The notes under the pieces are model-generated. The model had not been told where the DNA came from and did not search any database. It saw only the letters and a program-made list of their open reading frames with translations. From Eledone cirrhosa (taxonomy: Eukaryota): a DNA stretch of 64,000 nucleotides. Each line of letters opens with the position of its first letter. Position 1 is the first letter of the stretch. Shown here one piece after another: positions 27,001 to 39,000 of the stretch. The stretch is from contig OZ024741.1 of assembly GCA_964016885.1 (NCBI GenBank), forward strand, positions 386,136,001 through 386,200,000, read 5' to 3'. Both the position numbers and the translations under genes were made by a program.

Positions 27001-30000
27001 TGGTAGTTATAGTTGTTGTTGTGGAAGTTATAGTTGTTGTTGTAGTAGTTATAGTTGTTGTTGTGGTAGTTATAGTTGTTGTTGTGGTAGTTATAGATGT
27101 TGTTGTGGTAGTTATAGTTGTTGTTGTGGTAGTTATAGTTGTTGTTGTGGAAGTTATAGTTGTTGTTGTAGTAGTTATAATTGTTGTTGTGGTAGTTATA
27201 GTTGTTGTTGTGGTAGTTATAGATGTTGTTGTGGTAGTTATAGTTGTTGTTGTGGTAGTTATAGATGTTGTTGTGGTAGTTATAGTTGTTGTTGTGGTAG
27301 TTATAGTTGTTGTTGTGGTAGTTACAGTTGTTGCAGTATTTATAGTTGTTGTTGTGGTAGTTATAGTTGTTGTTGTGGTAGTTACAGTTGTTGCAGTAGT
27401 TATAGTTGTTGTTGTGGTAGTTATAGTTGTTGTTGTAGTAGTTATAGTTGTTGTTGTGGTAGTTATAGTTGTTGTTGTGGTAGTTATAGTTGTTGCAGTA
27501 ATTATAGTTGTTGTTGTGGTAGTTATAGATGTTGTTGTGGTAGTTATAGTTGTTGTTGTGGTAGTTATAGTTGTTGTTGTGGTAGTTACAGTTGTTGCAG
27601 TAGTTATAGTTGTTGTTGTGGTAGTTATAGATGTTGTTGTGGTAGTTATAGTTGTTGTTGTGGTAGTTATAGTTGTTGTTGTGGTAGTTACAGTTGTTGC
27701 AGTAGTTATAGTTGTTGTTGTGGTAGTTATAGTTGTTGTTGTGGTAGTTACAGTTGTTGCAGTAGTTATAGTTGTTGTTGTGGTAGTTATAGATGTTGTT
27801 GTGGTAGTTATAGTTGTTGTTGTGGTAGTTATAGTTGTTGTGGTAGTTACAGTTGTTGCAGTAGTTATAGTTGTTGTTGTGCTAGTTATAGTTGTTGTTG
27901 TGGTAGTTACAGTTGTTGCAGTAGTTATAGTTGTTGTTGTGGTAGTTATAGATGTTGTTGTGGTAGTTATAGTTGTTGTTGTGGTAGTTATAGTTGTTGT
28001 TGTGGTAGTTACAGTTGTTGCAGTAGTTATAGTTGTTGTTGTGGTAGTTATAGTTGTTGTTGTGGTAGTTACAGTTGTTGCAGTAGTTATAGTTGTTGTT
28101 GTGGTAGTTATAGATGTTGTTGTGGTAGTTATAGTTGTTGTTGTGGTAGTTATAGTTGTTGTGGTAGTTACAGTTGTTGCAGTAGTTATAGTTGTTGTTG
28201 TGGTAGTTATAGATGTTGTTGTGGTAGTTATAGTTGTTGTTGTGGTAGTTATAGTTGTTGTTGTGGTAGTTACAGTTGTTGCAGTAGTTATAGTTGTTGT
28301 TGTGGTAGTTATAGTTGTTGTTGTAGTAGTTATAGTTGTTGTTGTGGTAGTTATAGTTGTTGTTGTAGTAGTTATAGTTGTTGTTGTGGTAGTTATAGTT
28401 GTTGTTGTAGTAGTTATAGTTGTTGTTGTGGTAGTTATAGTTGTTGTTGTGGTAGTTATAGTTGTTGTTGTAGTAGTTATAGTTGTTGTTGTGGTAGTTA
28501 TAGTTGTTGTTGTGGTAGTTATAGTTGTTGTTGTGGTAGTTATAGTTGTTGTTGTAGTAGTTATAGTTGTTGTTGTGGTAGTTATAGTTGCTGTTGTGGT
28601 AGTTATAGTTGTTGTTGTGGTAGTTATAGTTGTTGTTGTGGTAGTTATAGTTGTTGTTGTATTAGTTATAGTTGTTGTTGTGGTAGTTATATTTGTTGTT
28701 GTGGTAGTTATAGTTGTTGTTGTAGTAGTTATAGTTGTTGTTGTGGTAGTTATAGTTGTTGTTGTAGTAGTTATAGTTGTTGTTGTGGTAGTTATAGTTG
28801 TTGTTGTGGTAGTTATAGTTGTTGTTGTGGTAGTTATATTTGTTGTTGTGGTAGTTATAGTTGTTGTTGTAGTAGTTATAGTTGTTGTTGTGGTAGTTAT
28901 AGTTGTTGTTGTAGTAGTTATAGTTGTTGTTGTGGTAGTTATAGTTGTTGTTGTAGTAGTTATAGTTGTTGTTGTATTAGTTATAATTGTTGTTGTAGTA
29001 GTTATAGTTGTTGTTGTGGTAGTTATAATTGTTGTTGTAGTAGTTATAGTTGTTGTTGTGGTCGTTATAGTTGTTGTTGTAGTAGTTATAGTTGTTGTTG
29101 CAGTAGTTATAGTTGTTGTTGTAGTAGTTATAGTTGTTGTTGTAGTAGTTATAGTTGTTGTTGTGGTAGTTATAGTTGTTGTTGTAGTAGTTATAGTTGT
29201 TGTTGTGGTAGTTATAGTTGTTGTTGTATTAGTTATAGTTGTGGTTGTGGTAGTTATAGTTGTTGTTGTAGTAGTTATAGTTGTTGTTGTAGTAGTTATA
29301 GTTGTTGTTGTTGTAGTTATAGTTGTTTTTGTGGTAGTTGTAGTTGTTGTTGTAGTAGTTATAGTTGTTGTTGTGGTAGTTATAGTTGTTGTTTTTGAAG
29401 TTATAGTTGTTGCTGTGGTAGTTATAGTTGTTGTTGTAGTAGTTATAGTTGTTGTTGTGGTAGTTATAGTTGTTGTTGTGGTAGTTATAGTTGTTGTTTA
29501 ATAGTTATAGTGTTTGTTGTGGTAGTTATAGTTGTTGCAGTAGTTATAGTTGTTGTTGTAGTTATAGTTGTTGTTGTGGTAGTTATAGTTGTTGTTGTGG
29601 TAGTTATAGTTGTTGTTGTAGTAGTTATAGTTGTTGTTGTTGTAGTTATAGTTGTTGTTGTGGTAGTTATAGTTGTTGTTGTAGTTATAGTTGTTGTTGT
29701 AGTAGTTATAGTTGTTGTTGTGGTAGTTATAGCTGTTGCTGTACTTATAGTTGTTGTTGTAGTTATAGTTGTTGTTGTGGTAGTTATAGTTGTTGTTGCA
29801 GAAGTTATAGTTGTTGTTGTGGTAGTTATAGTTGTTGTTGTAGTAGTTATAGTTGTTGTTGTGGTAGTTATAGATGTTGTTGTGGTAGTTATAGTTGTTG
29901 TTGTGGTAGTTATAGTTGTTGTTGTGGTAGTTACAGTTGTTGCAGTAGTTATAGTTGTTGTTGTGGTAGTTATAGTTCTTGTTGTGGTAGTTACAGTTGT

Positions 30001-33000
30001 TGCAGTAGTTATAGTTGTTGTTGTGGTAGTTATAGTTGTTGTTGTAGTAGTTATAGTTGTTGTTGTGGTAGTTATAGTTGTTGTTGTGGTAGTTATAGTT
30101 GTTGCAGTAGTTATAGTTGTTGTTGTGGTAGTTATAGATGTTGTTGTGGTAGTTATAGTTGTTGTTGCGGTAGTTATAGTTGTTGTTGTGGTAGTTACAG
30201 TTGTTGCAGTAGTTATAGTTGTTGTTGTGGTAGTTATAGATGTTGTTGTGGTAGTTATAGTTGTTGTTGTGGTAGTTATAGTTGTTGTTGTGGTAGTTAC
30301 AGTTGTTGCAGTAGTTATAGTTGTTGTTGTAGTAGTTATAGTTGTTGTTGTGGTAGTTACAGTTGTTGCAGTAGTTATAGTTGTTGTTGTGGTAGTTATA
30401 GATGTTGTTGTGGTAGTTATAGTTGTTGTTGTGGTAGTTATAGTTGTTGTTGTGGTAGTTACAGTTGTTGCAGTAGTTATAGTTGTTGTTGTGGTAGTTA
30501 TAGTTGTTGTTGTGGTAGTTACAGTTGTTGCAGTAGTTATAGTTGTTGTTGTGGTAGTTATAATTGTTGTTGTAGTAGTTATAGTTGTTGTTGTGGTAGT
30601 TATAGTTGTTGTTGTGGTAGTTATAGTTGTTGTTGTAGTAGTTATAGTTGTTGCAGTAGTTATAGTTGTTGTTGTGGTAGTTATAGATGTTGTTGTGGTA
30701 GTTATAGTTGTTGTTGTGGTAGTTACAGTTGTTGCAGTAGTTATAGTTGTTGTTGTGGTAGTTATAGTTGTTGTTGTAGTAGTTATAGTTGTTGTTGTGG
30801 TAGTTATAGTTGTTGTTGTAGTAGTTATAGTTGTTGTTGTGGTAGTTATAGTTGTTGTTGTAGTAGTTATAGTTGTTGTTGTGGTAGTTATAGTTGTTGT
30901 TGTGGTAGTTATAGTTGTTGTTGTAGTAGTTATAGTTGTTGTTGTGGTAGTTATAGTTGTTGTTGTGGTAGTTATAGTTGTTGTTGTGGTAGTTATAGTT
31001 GTTGTTGTAGTAGTTATAGTTGTTGTTGTGGTAGTTATAGTTGCTGTTGTGGTAGTTTTAGTTGTTGTTGTGGTAGTTATAGTTGTTGTTGTAGTAGTTA
31101 TAGTTGTTGTTGTGGTAGTTATAGTTGTTGTTGTGGTAGTTATAGTTGTTGTTGTGGTAGTTATAGTTGTTGTTGTGGTAGTTATAGTTGTTGTTGTGGT
31201 AGTTATAGTTGTTGTTGTAGTAGTTATAGTTGTTGTTGTGGTAGTTATAGTTGTTGTTGTGGTAGTTATAGTTGTTGTTGTGGTAGTTATAGTTGTTGTT
31301 GTAGTAGTTATAGTTGTTGTTGTGGTAGTTATAGTTGCTGTTGTGGTAGTTATAGTTGTTGTTGTGGTAGTTATAGTTGTTGTTGTGGTAGTTATAGTTG
31401 TTGTTGTATTAGTTATAGTTGTTGTTGTGGTAGTTATATTTGTTGTTGTGGTAGTTATAGTTGTTGTTGTAGTAGTTATAGTTGTTGTTGTGGTAGTTAT
31501 AGTTGTTGTTGTAGTAGTTATAGTTGTTGTTGTGGTAGTTATAGTTGTTGTTGTGGTAGTTATAGTTGTTGTTGTGGTAGTTATATTTGTTGTTGTGGTA
31601 GTTATAGTTGTTGTTGTAGTAGTTATAGTTGTTGTTGTGGTAGTTATAGTTGTTGTTGTAGTAGTTATAGTTGTTGTTGTGGTAGTTATAGTTGTTGTTG
31701 TAGTAGTTATAGTTGTTGTTGTATTAGTTATAATTGTTGTTGTAGTAGTTATAGTTGTTGTTGTGGTAGTTATAATTGTTGTTGTAGTAGTTATAGTTGT
31801 TGTTGTGGTCGTTATAGTTGTTGTTGTAGTAGTTATAGTTGTTGTTGCAGTAGTTATAGTTGTTGTTGTAGTAGTTATAGTTGTTGTTGTAGTAGTTATA
31901 GTTGTTGTTGTGGTAGTTATAGTTGTTGTTGTAGTAGTTATAGTTGTTGTTGTGGTAGTTATAGTTGTTGTTGTATTAGTTATAGTTGTGGTTGTGGTAG
32001 TTATAGTTGTTGTTGTAGTAGTTATAGTTGTTGTTGTAGTAGTTATAGTTGTTGTTGTTGTAGTTATAGTTGTTTTTGTGGTAGTTGTAGTTGTTGTTGT
32101 AGTAGTTATAGTTGTTGTTGTGGTAGTTATAGTTGTTGTTTTTGAAGTTATAGTTGTTGCTGTGGTAGTTATAGTTGTTGTTGTAGTAGTTATAGTTGTT
32201 GTTGTGGTAGTTATAGTTGTTGTTGTGGTAGTTATAGTTGTTGTTTAATAGTTATAGTGTTTGTTGTGGTAGTTATAGTTGTTGCAGTAGTTATAGTTGT
32301 TGTTGTAGTTATAGTTGTTGTTGTGGTAGTTATAGTTGTTGTTGTGGTAGTTATAGTTGTTGTTGTAGTAGTTATAGTTGTTGTTGTTGTAGTTATAGTT
32401 GTTGTTGTGGTAGTTATAGTTGTTGTTGTAGTTATAGTTGTTGTTGTAGTAGTTATAGTTGTTGTTGTGGTAGTTATAGCTGTTGCTGTACTTATAGTTG
32501 TTGTTGTAGTTATAGTTGTTGTTGTGGTAGTTATAGTTGTTGTTGCAGAAGTTATAGTTGTTGTTGTGGTAGTTATAGTTGTTGTTGTAGTAGTTATAGT
32601 TGTTGTTGTGGTAGTTATAGATGTTGTTGTGGTAGTTATAGTTGTTGTTGTGGTAGTTATAGTTGTTGTTGTGGTAGTTACAGTTGTTGCAGTAGTTATA
32701 GTTGTTGTTGTGGTAGTTATAGTTCTTGTTGTGGTAGTTACAGTTGTTGCAGTAGTTATAGTTGTTGTTGTGGTAGTTATAGTTGTTGTTGTAGTAGTTA
32801 TAGTTGTTGTTGTGGTAGTTATAGTTGTTGTTGTGGTAGTTATAGTTGTTGCAGTAGTTATAGTTGTTGTTGTGGTAGTTATAGATGTTGTTGTGGTAGT
32901 TATAGTTGTTGTTGCGGTAGTTATAGTTGTTGTTGTGGTAGTTACAGTTGTTGCAGTAGTTATAGTTGTTGTTGTGGTAGTTATAGATGTTGTTGTGGTA

Positions 33001-36000
33001 GTTATAGTTGTTGTTGTGGTAGTTATAGTTGTTGTTGTGGTAGTTACAGTTGTTGCAGTAGTTATAGTTGTTGTTGTAGTAGTTATAGTTGTTGTTGTGG
33101 TAGTTACAGTTGTTGCAGTAGTTATAGTTGTTGTTGTGGTAGTTATAGATGTTGTTGTGGTAGTTATAGTTGTTGTTGTGGTAGTTATAGTTGTTGTTGT
33201 GGTAGTTACAGTTGTTGCAGTAGTTATAGTTGTTGTTGTGGTAGTTATAGTTGTTGTTGTGGTAGTTACAGTTGTTGCAGTAGTTATAGTTGTTGTTGTG
33301 GTAGTTATAATTGTTGTTGTAGTAGTTATAGTTGTTGTTGTGGTAGTTATAGTTGTTGTTGTGGTAGTTATAGTTGTTGTTGTAGTAGTTATAGTTGTTG
33401 CAGTAGTTATAGTTGTTGTTGTGGTAGTTATAGATGTTGTTGTGGTAGTTATAGTTGTTGTTGTGGTAGTTACAGTTGTTGCAGTAGTTATAGTTGTTGT
33501 TGTGGTAGTTATAGTTGTTGTTGTAGTAGTTATAGTTGTTGTTGTGGTAGTTATAGTTGTTGTTGTAGTAGTTATAGTTGTTGTTGTGGTAGTTATAGTT
33601 GTTGTTGTAGTAGTTATAGTTGTTGTTGTGGTAGTTATAGTTGTTGTTGTGGTAGTTATAGTTGTTGTTGTAGTAGTTATAGTTGTTGTTGTGGTAGTTA
33701 TAGTTGTTGTTGTGGTAGTTATAGTTGTTGTTGTGGTAGTTATAGTTGTTGTTGTAGTAGTTATAGTTGTTGTTGTGGTAGTTATAGTTGCTGTTGTGGT
33801 AGTTTTAGTTGTTGTTGTGGTAGTTATAGTTGTTGTTGTAGTAGTTATAGTTGTTGTTGTGGTAGTTATAGTTGTTGTTGTGGTAGTTATAGTTGTTGTT
33901 GTGGTAGTTATATTTGTTGTTGTGGTAGTTATAGTTGTTGTTGTGGTAGTTATAGTTGTTGTTGTAGTAGTTATAGTTGTTGTTGTGGTAGTTATAGTTG
34001 TTGTTGTGGTAGTTATAGTTGTTGTTGCGGTAGTTATAGTTGTTGTTGTAGTAGTGATAGTTGTTGTTGTAGTAGTTATAGTTGTTGTTGTGGTAGTTAT
34101 AGTTGTTGTTGTGGTAGTTATAGTTGTTGTTGTAGTAGTTATAGTTGTTGTTGTGGTAGTTATAGTTGTTGTTGTAGTAGTTATAGTTGTTGTTGTGGTA
34201 GTTATAGTTGTCGTTGTAGTAGTTATAGTTGTTGTTGCAGTAGTTATAGTTGTTGTTGTAGTAGTTATAGTTGTTGTTGTAGTAGTTATAGTTGTTGTTG
34301 TGGTAGTTATAGTTGTTGTTGTAGTAGTTATAGTTGTTGTTGTGGTAGTTATAGTTGTTATTGTATTAGTTATAGTTGTGGTTGTGGTAGTTATAGTTGT
34401 TGTTGTAGTAGTTATAGTTGTTGTTGTAGTAGTTATAGTTGTTGTTGTTGTAGTTATAGTTGTTTTTGTGGTAGTTATAGTTGTTGTTGTAGTAGTTATA
34501 GTTGTTGTTGTGGTAGTCATAGTTGTTGTTGCAGTAGTTATAGTTGTTGTTGTAGTAGTTATAGTTGTTGTTGTGATAGTTATAGTTGTCGTTGTAGTAG
34601 TTATAGTTGTTGTTGTAGTAGTTATAGTTGTTGTTGTAGTAGTTATAGTTGTTGTTGGTGTAGTTATAGTTGTTGTTGTAGTAGTTATAGTTGTTGTAGT
34701 AGTTATAGTTGTTGTTGTAATAGTTATAGTTGTTGTTGTGTTAGTTATAGTTGTTGTTGTGGTAGTTATAGTTGTTGTTGTAGTATATATAGTTGTTGTT
34801 GTAGTAGTTATAGTTGTTGTTGTGGTAGTTATAGTTGTTGTTGTAGTATATATAGTTGTTGTTGTAGTAGTTATAGTTGTTGTTGGTGTAGTTATAGTTG
34901 TTGTTGTAGTAGTTATAGTTGTTGTTGTAGTTATAGTTGTGGTTGTGGTAGTTATAGTTGTTGTTGTAGTAGTTATAGTTGTTGTTGTAGTAGTTATTGT
35001 TGTTGTGGTAGTTATAGTTGTTGTTGTAGTAGTTATAGTTGTTGTTGTGTTAGTTATAGTTGTTGTTGTGGTAGTTATAGTTGTTGTTGTGGTAGTTATA
35101 GTTGTTGTTGTAGTAGTTATAGTTGTTGTTGTAGTATATATAGTTGTTGTTGTAGTAGTTATAGTTGTTGTTGTAGTAGTTATAGTTGTTGTTGTAGTAG
35201 TTATAGTTGTTGTTGTAGTAGTTATAGTTGTTGTAGTAGTAGTTATAGTTGTTGTTGTAGTAGTTATAGTTGTTGTTGTAGTATATATAGTTGTTGTTGT
35301 AGTAGTTATAGTTGTTGTTGTGGCAGTTATAGTTGTTGTTGTAGTATATATAGTTGTTGTTGTAGTAGTTATAGTTGTTGTTGTGGTAGTTATAGTTGTT
35401 GTTGTAGTAGTTATAGTTGTTGTTGTGGTAGTTATAGTTGTTGTTGTAGTATATATAGTTGTTGTTGTAGTAGTTAGAGTTGTTGTTGTGGTAGTTATAG
35501 TTGTTGTTGTAGTAGATATAGTTGTTGTTGTGGTAGTTATAGTTGCTGTTGTAGTATATATAGTTGTTGTTGTAGTAGTTATAGTTGTTGTTGTAGTAGT
35601 TATAGTTGTTGTTGTAGTAGTTATAGTTGTTGTTGTGGTAGTTATAGTTGTTGTTGTAGTAGTTATAGTTGTTGTTGTAGTAGTTATAGTTGTTGTTGTG
35701 GTAGTTATAGTTGTTGTTGTAGTAGTTATAGTTGTTGTTGTAGTAGTTATAGTTTTTGTTGTGGTAGTTATAGTTGTTGTTGTAGTAGTTATAGTTGTTG
35801 TTGTGGTAGGTAGTTATAGTTGTTGTTGTAGTAGTTGTAGTTGTTGTTGTGGTAGTTATAGTTGTTGTTGTAGTAGTTATAGTTGTTGTTGTAGTAGTTA
35901 TAGTTGTTGCTGTGGTAGTTATAGTTGTTGTTGTGGTAGTTATAGTTGTTGTTGTAGTAGTTATAGTTGTTGTTGTGCTAGTTATAGTTGTTGTTGTGGT

Positions 36001-39000
36001 AGTTATAGTTGTTGTTGTAGTAGTTGTTGTTGTGGTAGTTATAGTTGTTGTTGTGGTAGTTGTTGTTGTGGTAGTTATAGTTGTCGTTGTGGTAGTTTTT
36101 GTTGTGGTAGTTATAGTTGTTGTTGTGGTAGTTATAGTTGTTGTTGTAGTAGTTATAGTTGTTGTTGTGGTAGTTATAGTTTTTGTTGTAGTAGTTATAG
36201 TTGTTGTTGTAGTAGTTGTTGTTGTTGTAGTTATAGTTGTTGTGGTAGTTATAGTTGTTGTGGTAGTTATAGTTGTTATTGTGGTAGTTATAGTTGTTGT
36301 GGTAGTAGTTATAGTTGTTGTTGTGGTAGTTATAGTTGTTGTTGTGGTAGTTGTTGTTGTTGTTGTAGTAGTTATAGTTGTTGTGGTAGTTATAGTTGTT
36401 GTTGTAGTAGTTATAGTTGTTGTTGTGGTAGTTATAGTTGTTGTTGTGGTAGTTATAGTTGTTGTTGTGGTAGTTATAGTTGTTGTTGTAGTAGTTATAG
36501 TTGTTGTTGTAGTAGTTATAGTTGTTGTTGTAGTAGTTATAGTTGTTGTTGTAGTAGTTATAGTTGTTGTTGTGGTAGTTATAGTTGTTGTTGTAGTAGT
36601 TATAGTTGTTGTTGTAGTAGTTATAGTTGTTGTGGTAGTTATAGTTGTTGTTGTAGTAGTTATAGTTGTTGTTGTGGTAGTTATAGTTGTTGTTGTTGTA
36701 GTTATAGTTGTTGTTGTGGTAGTTATAGTTGTTGTTGTAGTAGTTATAGTTGTTGTTGTAGTAGTTATAGTTGTTGTTGTAGTAGTTATAGTTGTTGTTG
36801 GGCTAGTTATAGTTGTTGTTGTTGTAGTTATAGTTGTTGTTGTAGTAGTTATAGTTGTTGTTGTAGTAGTTATAGTTGTTGTTGTAGTAGTTATAGTTGT
36901 TGTTGTAGTAGTTATAGTTGTTGTTGTGCTAGTTATAGTTGTTGTTGTGGTAGTTATAGTTGTTGTTGTGGTAGTTTTAGTTGTTGTTGTGGTAGTTATA
37001 GTTGCTGTTGTAGTAGTTATAGTTGTTGTTGTGGTAGTTATAGTTGTTGTTGTGCTAGTTATAGTTGTTGTTGTGGTAGTTATAGTTGTTGTTGTAGTAG
37101 TTATAGTTGTTGTTGTGGTAGTTATAGTTGTTGTTGTAGTAGTTATAGTTGTTGTTGTGGTAGTTATAGTTGTTGTTGTGGTAGTTATAGTTGTTGTTGT
37201 GGTAGTTATAGTTGTTGTTGTAGTAGTCATAGTTGTTGTTGTGGTAGTTATAGTTGTTGTTGTGGTAGTTATAGTTGTTGTTGTAGTAGTTATAGTTGTT
37301 GTTGTAGTAGTTATAGTTGTTGTTGTGGTAGTTATAGTTGTTGTTGTGGTAGTTATAGTTGTTGTTGTAGTAGTTATAGTTGTTGTTGTAGTAGTTATAG
37401 TTGTTGTTGTGCTAGTTATAGTTGTTGTTGTGGTAGTTATAGTTGTTGTTGTAGTAGTTATAGTTGTTGTTGTGGTAGTTATAGTTGTTGTTGTGGTAGT
37501 TATAGTTGTTGTTGTAGTAGTTATAGTTGTTGTTGTAGTAGTTATAGTTGTTGTAGTAGTAGTTATAGTTGTTGTTGTGCTAGTTATAGTTTTTGTTGTA
37601 GTAGTTATAGTTGTTGTTGTGCTAGTTATAGTTGTTGTTGTGGTAGTTATAGTTGTTGTTGTAGTAGTTATAGTTGTTGTTGTGGTAGTTATAGTTGTTG
37701 TTGTGGTAGTTATAGTTGTTGTTGTAGTAGTTATAGTTGTTGTTGTAGTAGTTATAGTTGTTGTTGTAGTAGTTATAGTTGTTGTTGCAGTAGTTATAGT
37801 TGTTGTTGTAGTAGTTATAGTTGTTGTTGTAGTAGTTATAGTTGTTGTTGTGCTAGTTATAGTTGTTGTTGTGGTAGTTATAGTTGTTGTTGTAGTAGTT
37901 ATAGTTGTTGTTGTAGTAGTTATAGTTGTTGTTGTGGTAGTTATAGTTGTTGTTGTAGTAGTTATAGTTGTTGTTGTAGTAGTTATAGTTGTTGTTGTAG
38001 TAGTTATAGTTGTTGTTGTGGTAGTTATAGTTGTTGTTGTGGTAGTTATAGTTGTTGTTGTAGTAGTCATAGTTGTTGTTGTAGTAGTTATAGTTGTTGT
38101 TGTGGTAGTTATAGTTGTTGTTGTGGTAGTTATAGTTGTTGTTGTAGTAGTTATAGTTGTTGTTGTAGTAGTTATAGTTGTTGTTGTGGTAGTTATAGTT
38201 GTTGTTGTGGTAGTTATAATTGTTGTTGTGGTAGTTATAGTTGTTGTTGTAGTAGTTATAGTTGTTGTTGTAGTAGTTATAGTTGTTGTTGTAGTAGTTA
38301 TAGTTGTTGTTGTAGTAGTTATAGTTGTTGTTGTAGTAGTTATAGTTGTTGTTGTAGTAGTTATAGTTGTTGTTGTGCTAGTTATAGTTGTTGTTGTGGT
38401 AGTTATAGTTGTTGTTGTAGTAGTTATAGTTGTTGTTGTAGTAGTTATAGTTGTTGTTGTGGTAGTTATAGTTGTTGTTGTAGTAGTTATAGTTGTTGTT
38501 GTAGTAGTTATAGTTGTTGTTGTGGTAGTTATAGTTGTTGTTGTAGTAGTTATAGTTGTTGTTGTGGTAGTTATAGTTGTTGTTGTGGTAGTTATAGTTG
38601 TTGTTGTAGTAGTTATAGTTGTTGTTGTGGTAGTTATAGTTGTTGTTGTAGTAGTTATAGTTGTTGTTGTGGTAGTTATAGTTGTTGTTGTGGTAGTTAT
38701 AGTTGTTGTTGTATTAGTTATAGTTGTTGTTGTGGTAGTTATAGTTGTTTTTGTAGTAGTTATAGTCGTTGTTGTAGTAGTTATAGTTGTTATTGTGGTA
38801 GTTATACTTGTTGTTGTAGTAGTTATAGTTGTTGTTGTGGTAGTTATAGTTGTTGTTGTAGTAGTTATAGTTGTTGTTGTGGTAGTTATAGTTGTTGTTG
38901 TAGTAGTTATAGTTGTTGTTGTGGTAGTTATAGTTGTTGTTGTGGTAGTTATAGTTGTTGTTGTAGTAGTTATAGTTGTTGTTGTGGTAGTTATAGTTGT